Part shown: positions 38,801 through 51,619 of the stretch, piece after piece | Position numbering within the stretch: position 1 is the stretch's first letter | Layout of the letters: each line of letters opens with the position of its first letter | Assembly: GCA_038496445.1 (NCBI GenBank) | Contig: JALMLS010000159.1 | Coordinates: 53,084-117,083 of the forward strand | DNA: 64,000 bases | Direction: 5' to 3' | DNA from: Trichosphaerium sp. ATCC 40318 | Lineage: Eukaryota; Protista; Tubulinea | Notes under the pieces: generated by a model | What the model was told of the DNA's origin: nothing | What the model saw: only the letters and a program-made list of their open reading frames with translations | Databases searched by the model: none | Made by a program: the position numbers and the translations under genes

Positions 38801-41043
38801 TCGTTGACTTTCAAAGCTTTGCGTTCTCCTCAAAGAGAAAAAGAATGTCTACTGTTCTCGCATTAGAAGACAAAAAATTCCGTTTATACTCAAAGGGCGC
38901 CTCTGAAATTATTCTCAGACGCTCCACGCACTACTTAGATGATGAGGTACGCCAACGAGACACGGATAGCTTTGTTTTAAATTTTTGTTTCCGCGAAAGT
39001 TTCTTTATTGACGGTTTCCCAATAGGGTACTCGTGTACCTCTTACTCCTGAAGTAATAGCTGAATTTACAAATAAAATCGATAGCATGGCTAACAACGCT
39101 TTACGTACCCTTGGTCTGGCGTACCGTGATTTTACAAAAGTATCAAAAAAATGGTCACTAGAAAATGCACCTGAAGATGAATTGACTTTTATTGGTGTTG
39201 TTGGTATTGAAGTATGGCACTTTTCTTGTTTTTTAAACTATTAATATTATCTATACATGGATACGTGTTTTATGAGGTCTAATAGCTGAATAGGATCCAG
39301 TACGTAAGGAAGTACCTGAAGCTGTACGAATTTGTCAAGGCGCTGGAATCTTTGTTCGTATGGTCACTGGAGATAACATTGCTACTGCTAAAAAGATTGC
39401 ACAAGAATGTGGTATTCTTACAACTGGTGGTGTAGCTTTGGAGGTATGAAACAGACAGTTACATTTGCAAGAGATTGTATACCAGCAATGTCTTTCTTTG
39501 AAGCTTTTTTTTCTTTTTTTCTTCAATTAAACTTACAATACCTATTAGGGTCCTACCTTCGCTAAGTTATCTGATAAACAAATTGATGAGGTTCTACCAC
39601 GTCTTCAAGTATTGGCACGTTCTGCACCTGCAGATAAGGAACGTCTAGTTAAGAGGTTAGTTGAAGACAAAATCTTTAATTAACAGTGATATTTATTTTT
39701 TGTTTAGACTTAAGTTCAATGGTGAAGTAGTTGCTGTAACTGGTGATGGTACTAATGATGCACGTGCTCTAAAGAGCGCAGATGTTGGTTTATCTATGGG
39801 TATTGCTGGAACAGAAGTAGCTAAGGAAGCTTCCGGTATGTTCACCAAAGATCGTTTTCTTGTTTTTATTAACTTGTTTTTCCTGTTAGATATTGTCATC
39901 TTAGATGATAACTTTGCTTCTATTGTAAAATCTGTCCTTTGGGGACGTACTATTTTTGATAATATTAGAAAGTTTTTACAATTCCAGTTGACAGTAAACG
40001 TTGTACGTAAAAATGAAGACAAAAAGAGCTTTTCTTACTTTTTTCTTATTTTGAGCCGTTTTAAGAAACATTCCCTACAGAGCATCATATTTCATTGTTT
40101 ACTTACTGTATCCTCCAGGTCGCTCTAGTTGTAGATTTTATTGCGCCTGTCGCTGGTGCTTTCCCGCCACTAAAGGCAGTGCAACTCTTATGGGTCAACC
40201 TTATTATGGACTCTATGGCAGCTCTTGCTCTTGGTACTGAGAAACCAACACAAGATATGCTTGATAGAAAACCATATGGCCGTTCTGGTACTTTACTTTC
40301 TAACATCATGATGCGTAATATTCTTGGCCACTCCGTCTTCCAAGTAAGTAAAAAAACAAAAAGAAAGTATTTCTTTGCACAAATGTGTTTCTTTTCTTCT
40401 TTTTTCCTTCTTTTTGTTGCGTATTGATTGGTTATAATTAGATTGTTGTTTGCTTTATTATCCTCTGGGGTGGACCAGAACTTTTTGGCATTGAGAGTGG
40501 TAGAGGTGTATGTGATACCTTTCCTTTACGCGTCCTTTTGACGCTTTTTTTAAAATTGTTTCTCCTCTTTTAACTTTTTTCGTAGACTGAACGTGCTACT
40601 GTTCATTACACACTTATTTTCAATACATTCGTTTGGATGCAAATATTTAATGAATTCAATGCTAGAAGAGTAGACCATAGTACGTCAATAGAAAGCAAAA
40701 GACAAACAAATGAATTCAAAAAAAACTCGAAAAAAAAATTAACAAGTTTCTTTTAGAGCAAAATGTGTTTGCCGGTTTGTTCGGTAAAAAGACATTCAAT
40801 TGGATATTCCTTATAGTCCTTATTGTAACAATTGGTGTACAAATTATTTTTGTTGAACTAGGAGGTGACTGGACCTCAACAACATCAATGCCAATCAATA
40901 TTTGGATTGTTTCTATTCTCATTTCTGCACTTGAGATTCCAGTAGGGTACCTACTTAGACTCATTCCTGTACCACCAGAAGCATATGAGATTGATAAATA
41001 CACCATATTTGGTGAACCTAAACGTATAAGAGCTGGTAACTGA
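35848..41043 (+). CDS. P-type IIB (PMCA-type) Ca2+-ATPase
   Basis: YGEN, WIEG, VPADG, MNGE (TGES-like), [60 protein letters not shown]. Confidence 0.97.
36048..36165 (+). other. U12-type (minor spliceosome) GT-AG intron
   Basis: Donor GTATCCTTTT; branch CTCCTTGAT just before TAG; removal gives RKYN-YGENRFP. Confidence 0.88.
37760..37841 (+). other. U12-type AT-AC intron
   Basis: Donor ATATCCTT; branch TTCTCCTTAAT; ends ..TTCAC; removal restores [36 protein letters not shown]. Confidence 0.92.
38738..38816 (+). other. Probable degenerate U12-type GT-AG intron
   Basis: Donor GTATCCAC; branch-like TTCGTTGAC 8 nt before the 3' end; phase 2; removal gives [14 protein letters not shown]. Confidence 0.5.
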
Positions 41044-41355
41044 ATTGTTTTTGGCTCAAAATAAAAAAACAGATGAAAAAAGAACAAAAGAAATAAGGGA
41101 AAGGAAGCAATTATTTAATAAAAAGTTTCACATTTTTAGTTATCTTTGTTCACAGGAGTATAATAGAAAAGATTAACGATAGTGCATAGTACTATTTTTG
41201 AGCTTGTCGTTGACTCGTTGTATTTAGTATAACAGGGTGCGGCGAATAGTTACAAGATACTTGTAACATCGAACTACAACTGTATGGTCCTGTAACCAAT
41301 AAGATCAAAACTATTTCCTTTTCACATGAGCAGAAAAGAGTGAACCACCATTTGC

Positions 41356-41514
41356 ACATGACCACAACACTGAGAATGTGTCTTGATCAGTCTCACCTAC
41401 ACACTCGTACCAAGGCCGCTACTTATTCGTAGGGCATAAAAAATGAAAGTTCAGGTAGCCTGCTCAAGACTAGAACATTGTTTGGTGGACACATTCTCAG
41501 TGTTGCAGTCATGT
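41356..41514. repeat. Intergenic inverted repeat (27-bp arms), possible MITE or hairpin RNA
   Basis: acatgaccacaacactgagaatgtgtc (41356-41382) versus gacacattctcagtgttgcagtcatgt (41488-41514), 2 mismatches. Confidence 0.7.
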
Positions 41515-41644
41515 CATCTGTAACATCTGTGCATGGCACTTCAATAGCTCCAGCAATAACTATCAACGGGTCTCCATTCGTAACCATACACTGCGCAAAA
41601 CTGTAAAACTTAACCACAATTAAGTTTGTAGAAAACAAAAAAAA

Positions 41645-43526
41645 ATGCTGAGATACACTCTTCTGTTTCTTTTCTGTTTCATTTTGGTATTCTGTCACTC
41701 TCTACATGATTCTTTGTACGCGAAAAAGAAGCTAGTTCATCATTTTGTGCCAGAGCATAAACGTTACATCCCAATTGTTCGAAATATCTTCAATACCCAC
41801 GTGGTAGCAGAGGTAAGAGAAAGATTCACGTGATTATTCTTTTTTTTGACCGTTTTAGTCTCTAGACGCTTCATCTTCTACTATTTATCCTACAGACTAT
41901 GGAGCTGACCCTACAGGGAAGACAGATAGTACAGAAGCATTTGAAAAGGTTTTACAAGGTAACGGTTTTCGCAATGTTAAATGACGTCTTAACACGTGTT
42001 TAAATAGCGCTTCTTCGACGTAACACAAGTGGCCACATGATGGCAAATGATATTAATGATTTGGGAGGCGCTTCGGTTGATTTGGGTGGCGGAGATTACG
42101 TTATTTCAAAGCCTATAGTGATACCTATAAACTACGGCAACTTTAGATTTGTTAGCGGTACTATTTCGACCTCAGCTGCGTTTTCTGACTGACATGTTGT
42201 TGTGTCACGTGCACACATCCAAGTAATCACTCATTGGTGTTGTTTTAGGCACCATAAGAGCTTCTAACACGTTTCCTGAAACTGATTTCCTGATATCTGT
42301 TGGCGGTCCATGTACGAACTCTCAAGGGTCTTGTAATGAGAATGTTGGGTTTGAAGATATGTTGCTTGATTCAAACCATCGCGCTCTTGGTGGTATTAAC
42401 ATCATACGTACAATGGGCGCAAACGTTGGACCAAAGATGTTTTTCATTGGATACAGACAAGCTGGCGTTACAGTACGTCACTTGAAACGTTGTGTTTTTG
42501 AGCTTTCATCGTGCTCTCTTTTGACTTTTTTTTGTTTTTTAGGTCACAGGTGGTCATGAGACTATGATCCATAATAGCTGGTTTGGAGAGTACTACTATT
42601 CCGATTCAAGGAAAAACCAATGTGGTAGTTCAATGTCACGTGGTATACAACTTTTAGGGAACGATCATTTTATCTCAAATACAATCATATTTGGAGCGCA
42701 TATTGGTACTAAAAATCTTTACAGCTTGGACTAACAATGTTTGCTAGGTGTTGAAGTTACAGGTGCTGCAAATTTATTAAAAGGAGTACATACATGGAAC
42801 TGTGCAACTGCACAGGGAGGTATTGGTATTCTTGTAAATGCTCCAGGATATACACAAAACCGTCTCTTGGGTAAGCATAAAAGCAATATTGTTTCGTTCT
42901 TCCTCTTTGTTCATTTTTTCTCTCACTTGACCTTAATCCTGTTTTTAGGTGTTTACTTAGACTATAATAGCATCGTAGCTGTAGCTCCAGAGCATTTAAC
43001 GATATCAGACTCATTTTTCCTTTGTGGTGGTAACGTAGTTTTGAAGGCGACAGAAAAACATACATCTATTCTGGGACTTAACATTATCGGTAATCAGTTC
43101 GACGTTTGCCACAATACTAGTGTTATGCTTGATGAACGAGAAGCAAAGTTTACTACCGTTCAAGACACTATAATACAAGGTAACATGTTATCATCTAGCT
43201 ATAGTACAGGCAGTACACAAGCAAGCGCTTCACTTCGTCTTGAAAATTCAACAAAATGGCATTTTGATTTTAGCAAGATTTTACTCTTCCAATCAATCAA
43301 GCACGTGACTTATAGTATTGAAATTGAAAATGGCGAATTTACAATGCATGCTTCAAGAAAACCCGTAGGAAATACAGTAGACGTTGAAACAAGTCATCCT
43401 GTAACTGCTACTGTACGCACTTTCATCAATGTTTTTCGTTTGTTTAACTGATTTTGAATAAAGGTTGAGATTCATGTTGATCAAAGTGAGCCTTCACACG
43501 CATGCAAAAACGGAGTTTGTACTTGA
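41645..43526 (+). CDS. Secreted pectin-lyase-fold protein, QRT3-like polygalacturonase
   Basis: Signal peptide; YPTDYGADPTGKTDST; INDLGGASVDLGGGDYVISKP; GTIRAS; GGHETMIH; GVHTWN; YLDYN, all resembling plant QRT3. Confidence 0.8.
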
Positions 43527-43739
43527 TAGTATAAACTTCAGTGGTGCCATAATGTGCCATTTTTAAGTGCAAAATGTCAAACACAAGCTATAGTAAAGAT
43601 TGTTTTGTTCTCCTTTTTTGTTACCTTTTATTATCTGTTGTCGACCGTTTAAACACGCCATAAGTGCAGGCACTGATTGTTTTGGCATTGTCATCATGGA
43701 ATTTGAACGACAGAAAATAACATAATGTGTAATTGTGTA

Positions 43740-43970
43740 CTAGAGTACAATAAGAATCATACAAAATACAAGAAATAGTGTTGTTGAAATATATGTTGCA
43801 GATGAATGTGACACTTGTTGAGTTGGTGATACTCCAGGTTCATTTGAAGTAGGCTCTATTTGTGAGGTTGTTGGTTGTGTTAATTGTGTAGGTCCAGGTG
43901 TAGGTACGGATGGAGGTACATAGTCGTTCAAACAAGTGACAAAATGCAAGTTCTGTTCCAAATATACCTG
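43740..43970 (-). CDS. 3' exon of a small Pro/Thr-rich protein with hydrophobic C-terminus (GPI or tail anchor); 5' part unresolved
   Basis: PPSVPTPGPTQLTQPTT...TTLFLVFCMILIVL*. Confidence 0.4.
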   Translation of the reverse strand, partial: QVYLEQNLHFVTCLNDYVPPSVPTPGPTQLTQPTTSQIEPTSNEPGVSPTQQVSHSSATYISTTLFLVFCMILIVL

Positions 43971-44239
43971 AGGATGTATTTGCTGTCAGCATTGAGAACT
44001 ATTTTTGCAGTGTGACTGTATTGTGCAACCAATAAATACGTGTGCGCAGCTTTTTACGAGTCGAAATTTCTAATCAAGCGCTACGAGCTTTTATTGCTTC
44101 ACCTTCTGCTCTTCAGTATGGTTGCTACCTTTTCTCCACAGACGCCTACAGTGAGTGTGGATGGTCACAAATGTCACGTGACGTTCATTGAACAACAGTT
44201 TAAGTTAGCCTTTTGTTTTTATTGGTTACATGCAAAACA

Positions 44240-45354
<1,115 letters not shown>

Positions 45355-45419
45355 TTTTTTTATTCTACCATAAATACAACATCACTGCTGTAGTTCTTTT
45401 TCTTTCTAAACGGTGAACT

Positions 45420-45615
45420 TATGCCATGGTATGAAAATGTATGACTCCAGTTGCTGTGGGGTAGTAAACAAAATGGTGACTAGATTGTTGCATGAAAATG
45501 GACAACTGTTTGTCACCGTCCGGACTTGGGTTGCTGGTAAACAACTTGGAGAATGCAAAGAGGTGTGAAGATGGACGATCAAGTCACAAGTAATGTTTGT
45601 TAATGGAGAAATAAC
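45420..45615 (+). pseudogene. Decayed MORN-variant repeat relic
   Basis: LHENGQLFVTVRTWVAGKQLGECKEV*...QVMFVNGE. Confidence 0.45.
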
Positions 45616-45921
45616 AGTAAGGCTTGAAAACAATGCAATGATGGTAATCCAAGACGGCAAGTAAATACGTCCAATAGAAAACTCAAAGCATGCTCTTGAT
45701 TGTACTGTGTACAGTTCGTTTAGCACTTCATTGAGTAAAGCTTCTGTACTTCCATTCTATGTGTTAGACCTATGTCCTAAGCAGTGTAGCTTTGCAAAGG
45801 AAGAATTGTGTAACAAGCTGGTGCTATATTTAGAATTCGAGATAGATTGTTTCGGTTAAGTCAAGGCATTCAGAAGGATAACCTTTAAGCTTTTTATTGG
45901 AATGTTGTACCAAGACTGCAT

Positions 45922-46569
45922 TTATATATCTTCAAAACTTGCATACTCGTCCCACCTTAGCAATGGTATGAGGCTCTTATTTGATTGATATAAAAGCTCT
46001 ATGACACTGGAGTAGTCGTGTAAGCCGTTTTTGTAGTTCATCACAACTTGAACTCCTGAACAACGTGTTTGGGACTTTGTTTTGTCGTACGTATCCTTCC
46101 ACCACATAGCGTTCATGTTAAGTGGCTGGTACTTTGCTCCGTTGCTCGGGTCGTCTATTTGCTTCAAAAAGTTCGAAAAGAGCGCAAAATCGCACTCTGG
46201 CTTCAGAAAAAACACCAATTCTTGCTTCTCTTTTGCTAGTACTAGCTGTTTAAACGACTCTGACATTTTAGTGTATTTCGTAGGTTGCTGTTCGCTCTCT
46301 TTCCTTTCAGAATCTGTTGTTGGGAAGAGCCACGAGCGTTTAGAGCCAAAAAAGAATATAGACGCATCTAAAACGTCCTTGGGTATAGAATTAAAGTCCC
46401 TGTGCAAGTACGTGGCGGATATGAAGACAACTCGCCTGTTTGCAGTGTTAGCGGTCATTTGCCAAAAATGTGACAGTGTTTGACCTGAAATAACGGTATT
46501 TTGCGTTAGCGCTAAAGCTAGTCCTTCGAGATGGTTTGTGAGTACAGGCAACCACACCAGAGTATGCAA
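45922..46569 (-). CDS. Hypothetical protein (long exon; 5' end unresolved)
   Basis: 215-codon open frame with protein-like composition in AT-rich DNA. Confidence 0.5.
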   Translation of the reverse strand: MHTLVWLPVLTNHLEGLALALTQNTVISGQTLSHFWQMTANTANRRVVFISATYLHRDFNSIPKDVLDASIFFFGSKRSWLFPTTDSERKESEQQPTKYTKMSESFKQLVLAKEKQELVFFLKPECDFALFSNFLKQIDDPSNGAKYQPLNMNAMWWKDTYDKTKSQTRCSGVQVVMNYKNGLHDYSSVIELLYQSNKSLIPLLRWDEYASFEDI

Positions 46570-46919
46570 GCTATCGTATTGGTGTATCCTTGTGGAGTAC
46601 TTTGTTGTGGTAAGAGCAGAAAGTCACGTGATAGCTTCCAATCGGACTTACGTTTCAAGTCAACTCCGCCGTACTATTTCATCAACAGTAAATACATGGC
46701 AAAGTGAACGAACAACAGAGTCACAGATTTTTACCTCCAATTTCAAATACACAGTTTGGTGTTTTTGACTTGCGTACAATAAAAGGGAGGTAGAGTGAAA
46801 TGGATTTGATTCGACATATCTTTGAGTGAATTCGACTCATACTTAACCGCAGGCCTTAACGCGCTCTCTATCAAGCTATTTATTATCGGACGTTGTAATC
46901 GTTGTATATATTTACCAGA

Positions 46920-48355
46920 ATGCGCACGTGTATTTACTATTTTATTGGCGTAATACTGCTTGGTTCTTGTTATGCTAAAAACGAAGTAATGAGTAGCAGT
47001 ATATATCTAGAAGCTTCCGGCGATAATATCGCTTCATTACACGTGATGATTAATTTTCAAGTTGGTGTTGTGAAGTCTACGATAATAGGGCCGCGTGATA
47101 AACAAGTATCATTCGGTTTTATGAGCGATAAGGTACGATTTTCTGCAAACGAACAACAAATAGTAAAATAGTCTTTTGATTGTGGAATTTTCAGGAAGTT
47201 CTGTACGAGTGGGTGCTATCTAACGGTACAGTGCTTGAGTATAACACTTGGATTAATGGAGGGAGATTATTACAAGTACAGCAAGACTTATCGATAGCTT
47301 TAATACCACAAGATGAAGGAGACGTTACAGTAACATTTTATAGAGCGCTCGAAACTAGCGATGTACGTTTTTTTTTTTCGTATCATAATTTATTGGTGAA
47401 CGCACTATTTGTATTACAGACTCGATCGATAACGACCTACATAGGATCTAGACTTTCAGTTTACGGATGATATGGGTAGTAAATTAACATGTTATTGGTC
47501 TATAGGAGATGGGTTAGAATCCGGGAGTAAGGAGTTGATTTTTTTAGAATCTTATTCACTTGAGAGTTCTTCGATAAGCGGTGGCGCCATTGCCGGTATA
47601 GGTAAGCGTTTTGTATCTATTATCACGTGATTTTAAAATTATAATTAATCGCTCACGTGATTTTTTTTTATAAAGTCATATCAGCGACATTGGTTATTAT
47701 GGTTGTTATTGCGATAGTGATTACATTATATTTTTGCTGGGTTAAAAAGGTATTTTTAGATAATTATGATTTTTTTTTTTGATCAATTGCAGTTTTCTAT
47801 CTCTTCACTGTCTTCACATGATCACATGAGTATGGTAATAACTCTTCATTGTATTAGGAGAAGCCTAGGATACTTTCAGAAACAACACAAACTCCACCGC
47901 CTAGGATGTATGTAACGAATGTATCAAACAAGAAAAATGAAACAACATCAAGAATTACAAACGAAGATATAACATCAAAGAGTAAAGTTGTTTCAGTTGA
48001 TAACGGACCAAATTCTACAACACGTGAAGATACAACGACAGGAGGAAGTAGTGGTATTAAAAGCGGTACTGAAGAAAACTCAGAGAGTTCTGGGACACTT
48101 GCAAGTGTCATAGAAGAACAATATGTCACTGGCGGTTTAGCACTTTCTTCATCACCAGGATCTTCAATCGCTTGTTCTGTTTCAGAATCAGGGACTGCTG
48201 TACCTGAACCAACGTCTTCTATTGTTTCTGAAACACCTTCAAGTATGAGGAGTTACTCTGTTTCTGTTTCAGAATCACTTACACCAAGTGGTCAAAGTAC
48301 TCAAAGTAATCAAAGTGATAGTAGTAGCAGTAGTTCAGAAAGTGATGATTTGTAA
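46920..48355 (+). CDS. Single-pass membrane protein: signal peptide, DOMON-like ectodomain, Ser/Thr-rich cytoplasmic tail
   Basis: MRTCIYYFIGVILLGSCYA; GDVTVTFYRALETSD; ISGGAIAGI|VISATLVIMVVIAIVITLYFCW; Ser-rich last exon. Confidence 0.65.
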
Positions 48356-48930
48356 ATAAAAAAATATCTATTCTGACCTTAAAACGTTGTCACGACAGTT
48401 TTTGTTGTTAGAATACGCGTGATTGTGGTACGTGTTGGCCTTAAATGTACTTTATACGGCAATCATCAAAACAGCTCAAAGTTCCTATGATGTCGAGGAG
48501 AACGTACAATTACGTTGGTTATGTCGATATTACCGCGTTTTAACCAAAATACGTTCCAGATCTCACTTAGAAACCTAGCTACGACGTAACTGTTAGAGAG
48601 GCGGTAAAACCGTAATATAATTGTATAGGTAGCGTGTAGGACTGATTTAGTTACTTTTGATGCGATAAAATTGTTTTGTGGTTTCCAGGTAGCTGTAGCG
48701 CCTCAAATGTATCACTACGAGCGCACGTTAACATGAGATTTACCAGCGCATGTATTGCGAGTATTTCCAGTCGCAAAGAAGCTGTTGATTTAAAAAAAGC
48801 TTTTTGACTAAGAGCGACCTACCCACACCTGCCCACTAATAGCAAAAAACACGACTAACGTCTCCCGAGCGTCTTTTCGTATACTGACTTGTTGTCAGAG
48901 TCTTGACAGCTGACGATTTATAACTCGGAA

Positions 48931-51475
48931 ATGTCTAGTCGCTATACATCTAAGCCGTGGTTACGGTATATGACGGTGAGATGAGTTTTATACTTCTTTT
49001 AAGCTTAAACGCATAGGACGTATTACCTTGGCCTCTTTACCATATTCCACGCATTGCCTTGATAGCGTTTATCATATATAGCATCTTTGCGGTAAACGCT
49101 ATTTTCCTGCTGAATACTGTTTTTATTCTGCCATTTTCTCGACATTACTACCGTAAACTATCGGATAGCGTAGCAGACTGGTTATGGCCTATCTATCCGT
49201 ACCTTTGCGAATACATTTCAGGTACAAAAAATGACGGTGAAGCGAAATACTACACTACGACGCGTAAATAACTGTTTAAAGGTACAAGGTTTGTATTTAC
49301 AGGCGATATACTACCTAAAGAAGAAAACGCAATTATTGTATGCAACCACCAAGGTTATGCTGACTGGCTTATCCCTTTTTGTGTAGCAGATCGTAGGTAC
49401 GTTTAATATTAAATAGCGGAAAATCTTTTCCCCTACGCACAACTGAAAAAGGCGCAAATTGGATTTTTTTTTTTGAACAGGCATGGATTTTTTTTTTCAG
49501 TTTTTGGGTTTTGTGGTAGTTTATGACTTTGTTTGTACCTTTAGGGAAGCTATGGGTAAGCTTAAGATTGTAATAAAGGGTGTGGTTAGGTATATTCCTT
49601 TTGTAGGAACAGGTGAGTTGGTGCAGACGAAGAAGAATTTTTTTTGTTTTGACATTTTATTTTTTGACACTTTGAAGGATTGTTGGCTCTTGGTTCTGTG
49701 TTCTTGGATAGAAATTGGGATAAAGATCAAGTTACAATCAATAAGGCATTTAAACGTCTTATCACGGATAAACTACCTTTCTGGTTTCTCTCGTTTCCAG
49801 GCACGACGCTAATATCTTTTTTTTTATTTTTGGGGGATTCTGTTATCCAAAAAATGGAATGTGATTAGTTTTGAGAGGTTAATTTACAGACCTCTTGTTT
49901 TATGTTTGTACAGCGGTTTCGTTAGTTTAAAAGGCAGCACTTAGTTTTTCATTTACATTGGTCGAACATTTTGACACTCATTTGATAAAAAAAAGCATTT
50001 GACACGGGATTCACTGAAACAGTTCTCCTGATTAATTATTGCGCTCTTTTTACATACAGCGCTGCTTACTTGTTTACAAATATTTTTTTCACACCTATGA
50101 AGCGTTGTATTACAATCACATTCGTATTGTTTATTCTTCTGACTTTGTCATTAGAAGGTACACGGTTCTCTGAAGAAAAATTGAAGGCATCTCAAGAATT
50201 TTGTAAAAAGAAAGATTTACCAGTCTTCAATAATGTGTTATACCCACGTGTCAAAGGTACGTTAACAGCACGTGAAAAAAAAAAACCAATTCTACTTTCC
50301 AAAAAACAAAACAAGAAAGAAGTCTTGTCTAAAGAGTATCTAACGTACTCACTCTTTTACTGAGAAGTAAAGTGGTTTTGTCTATTATTTATCCTTATGT
50401 ATAGGTCTTCGTGAAGCGATTAAAGTGTTGGGTCAGGACTTAGACGCAGTGTATTATTTTTTGTTGACGGTTTACTGACATTTCATAAATCTAATGCTCT
50501 TTATCTAGATATGACCTGACTGCTTGCTTTAATATAAATCCTGTACCAAATGTACCAATACCAGATTGGTACTACCTTCTATTTGGAGGTAAGAACTCAC
50601 AATACCCATTATTTTTATTAGCAAGAAAAAAACCCCAAAATATTCACACTTCTATTTGTTCAAACTTTTTTCGTTACTACCTCAAGTTTATTGTACCTGA
50701 TATACTATCAATCAAAATGTCACAAAACCATAATGAAGTTTTACAAACATACTTTAATGGGGCTGTGTGTAAAAACGAAGAATTTGAATGAATAGAACAT
50801 CAAATTTACTGAGCTTCTATTATCACCGAAAAAAACAATGTAAGGAGGTTATCAGTAATGACATACTTCATGCGTTTCGTAAATTGTGCTTGCTGTATTT
50901 TAAAGTACTGTTTGCCAGGGCTTGCCACAGAGCATCTTTTAACTTTTTTTTTATAGGTAATAAGAAAGTTGTCATACACGTTAACATAAGGCGTGTACCA
51001 ATAAGTCAGATTCCAAAGGAGTCCAATGACATAAGTAAATGGATAGTTGATGTATTTGCAAGAAAAGATAAACTCATTCAACATTATAAAGAAAATGGAA
51101 AGCTTCCTGGATCAATTGTACGCAACCGTCTTTTTTTTTTTTTTACTTTGTCAGAAAAAGTCAGATTTCTTGTTTTCCTCAACCCACGTGCCGACTACAT
51201 TTGTGAAAAACCAAAAAGCGAGTGCATATAGTTGCGGCAGATAATTATAAGGGTATTTTTCATGTGTTATACACGTGTGAAAGTATTTCTTTATCTGTGT
51301 TGTCCTTTTGTTTTGCTTTTCCTTCTTTTTCTGACTTTTTCCCGCTCTCTAGGTACATGACCCTTACACAGAAAAAAGAAGGAAAAGAACAGAATTGAGC
51401 ATCATAAGATGGTTAACTACGAATATAGTTGTAGTTGTACTGCTCTTTTGGATAGCGTATAAGTGCCTGTATTGA
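48931..51475 (+). CDS. Lysophospholipid acyltransferase (LCLAT1/AGPAT3-5-like, PlsC family)
   Basis: NHQGYADW (NHxxxxD), FLDRNWDKD, FP|EGTRF across a GC-AG intron (49801-50154), LYPRVKG, AVYDLT. Confidence 0.92.
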
Positions 51476-51619
51476 AAGAACAAAAAAAAAAACAAACTGT
51501 AAAATAAAATTATGAATTGGTGCAACCCCTTTCTTCCTTTGCTTTTTCCTCTGTCTACAATAAACTAGTAGTTTATTTGTATATACGACATTACTACAAT
51601 CATATTTCTCCAATCAAAC

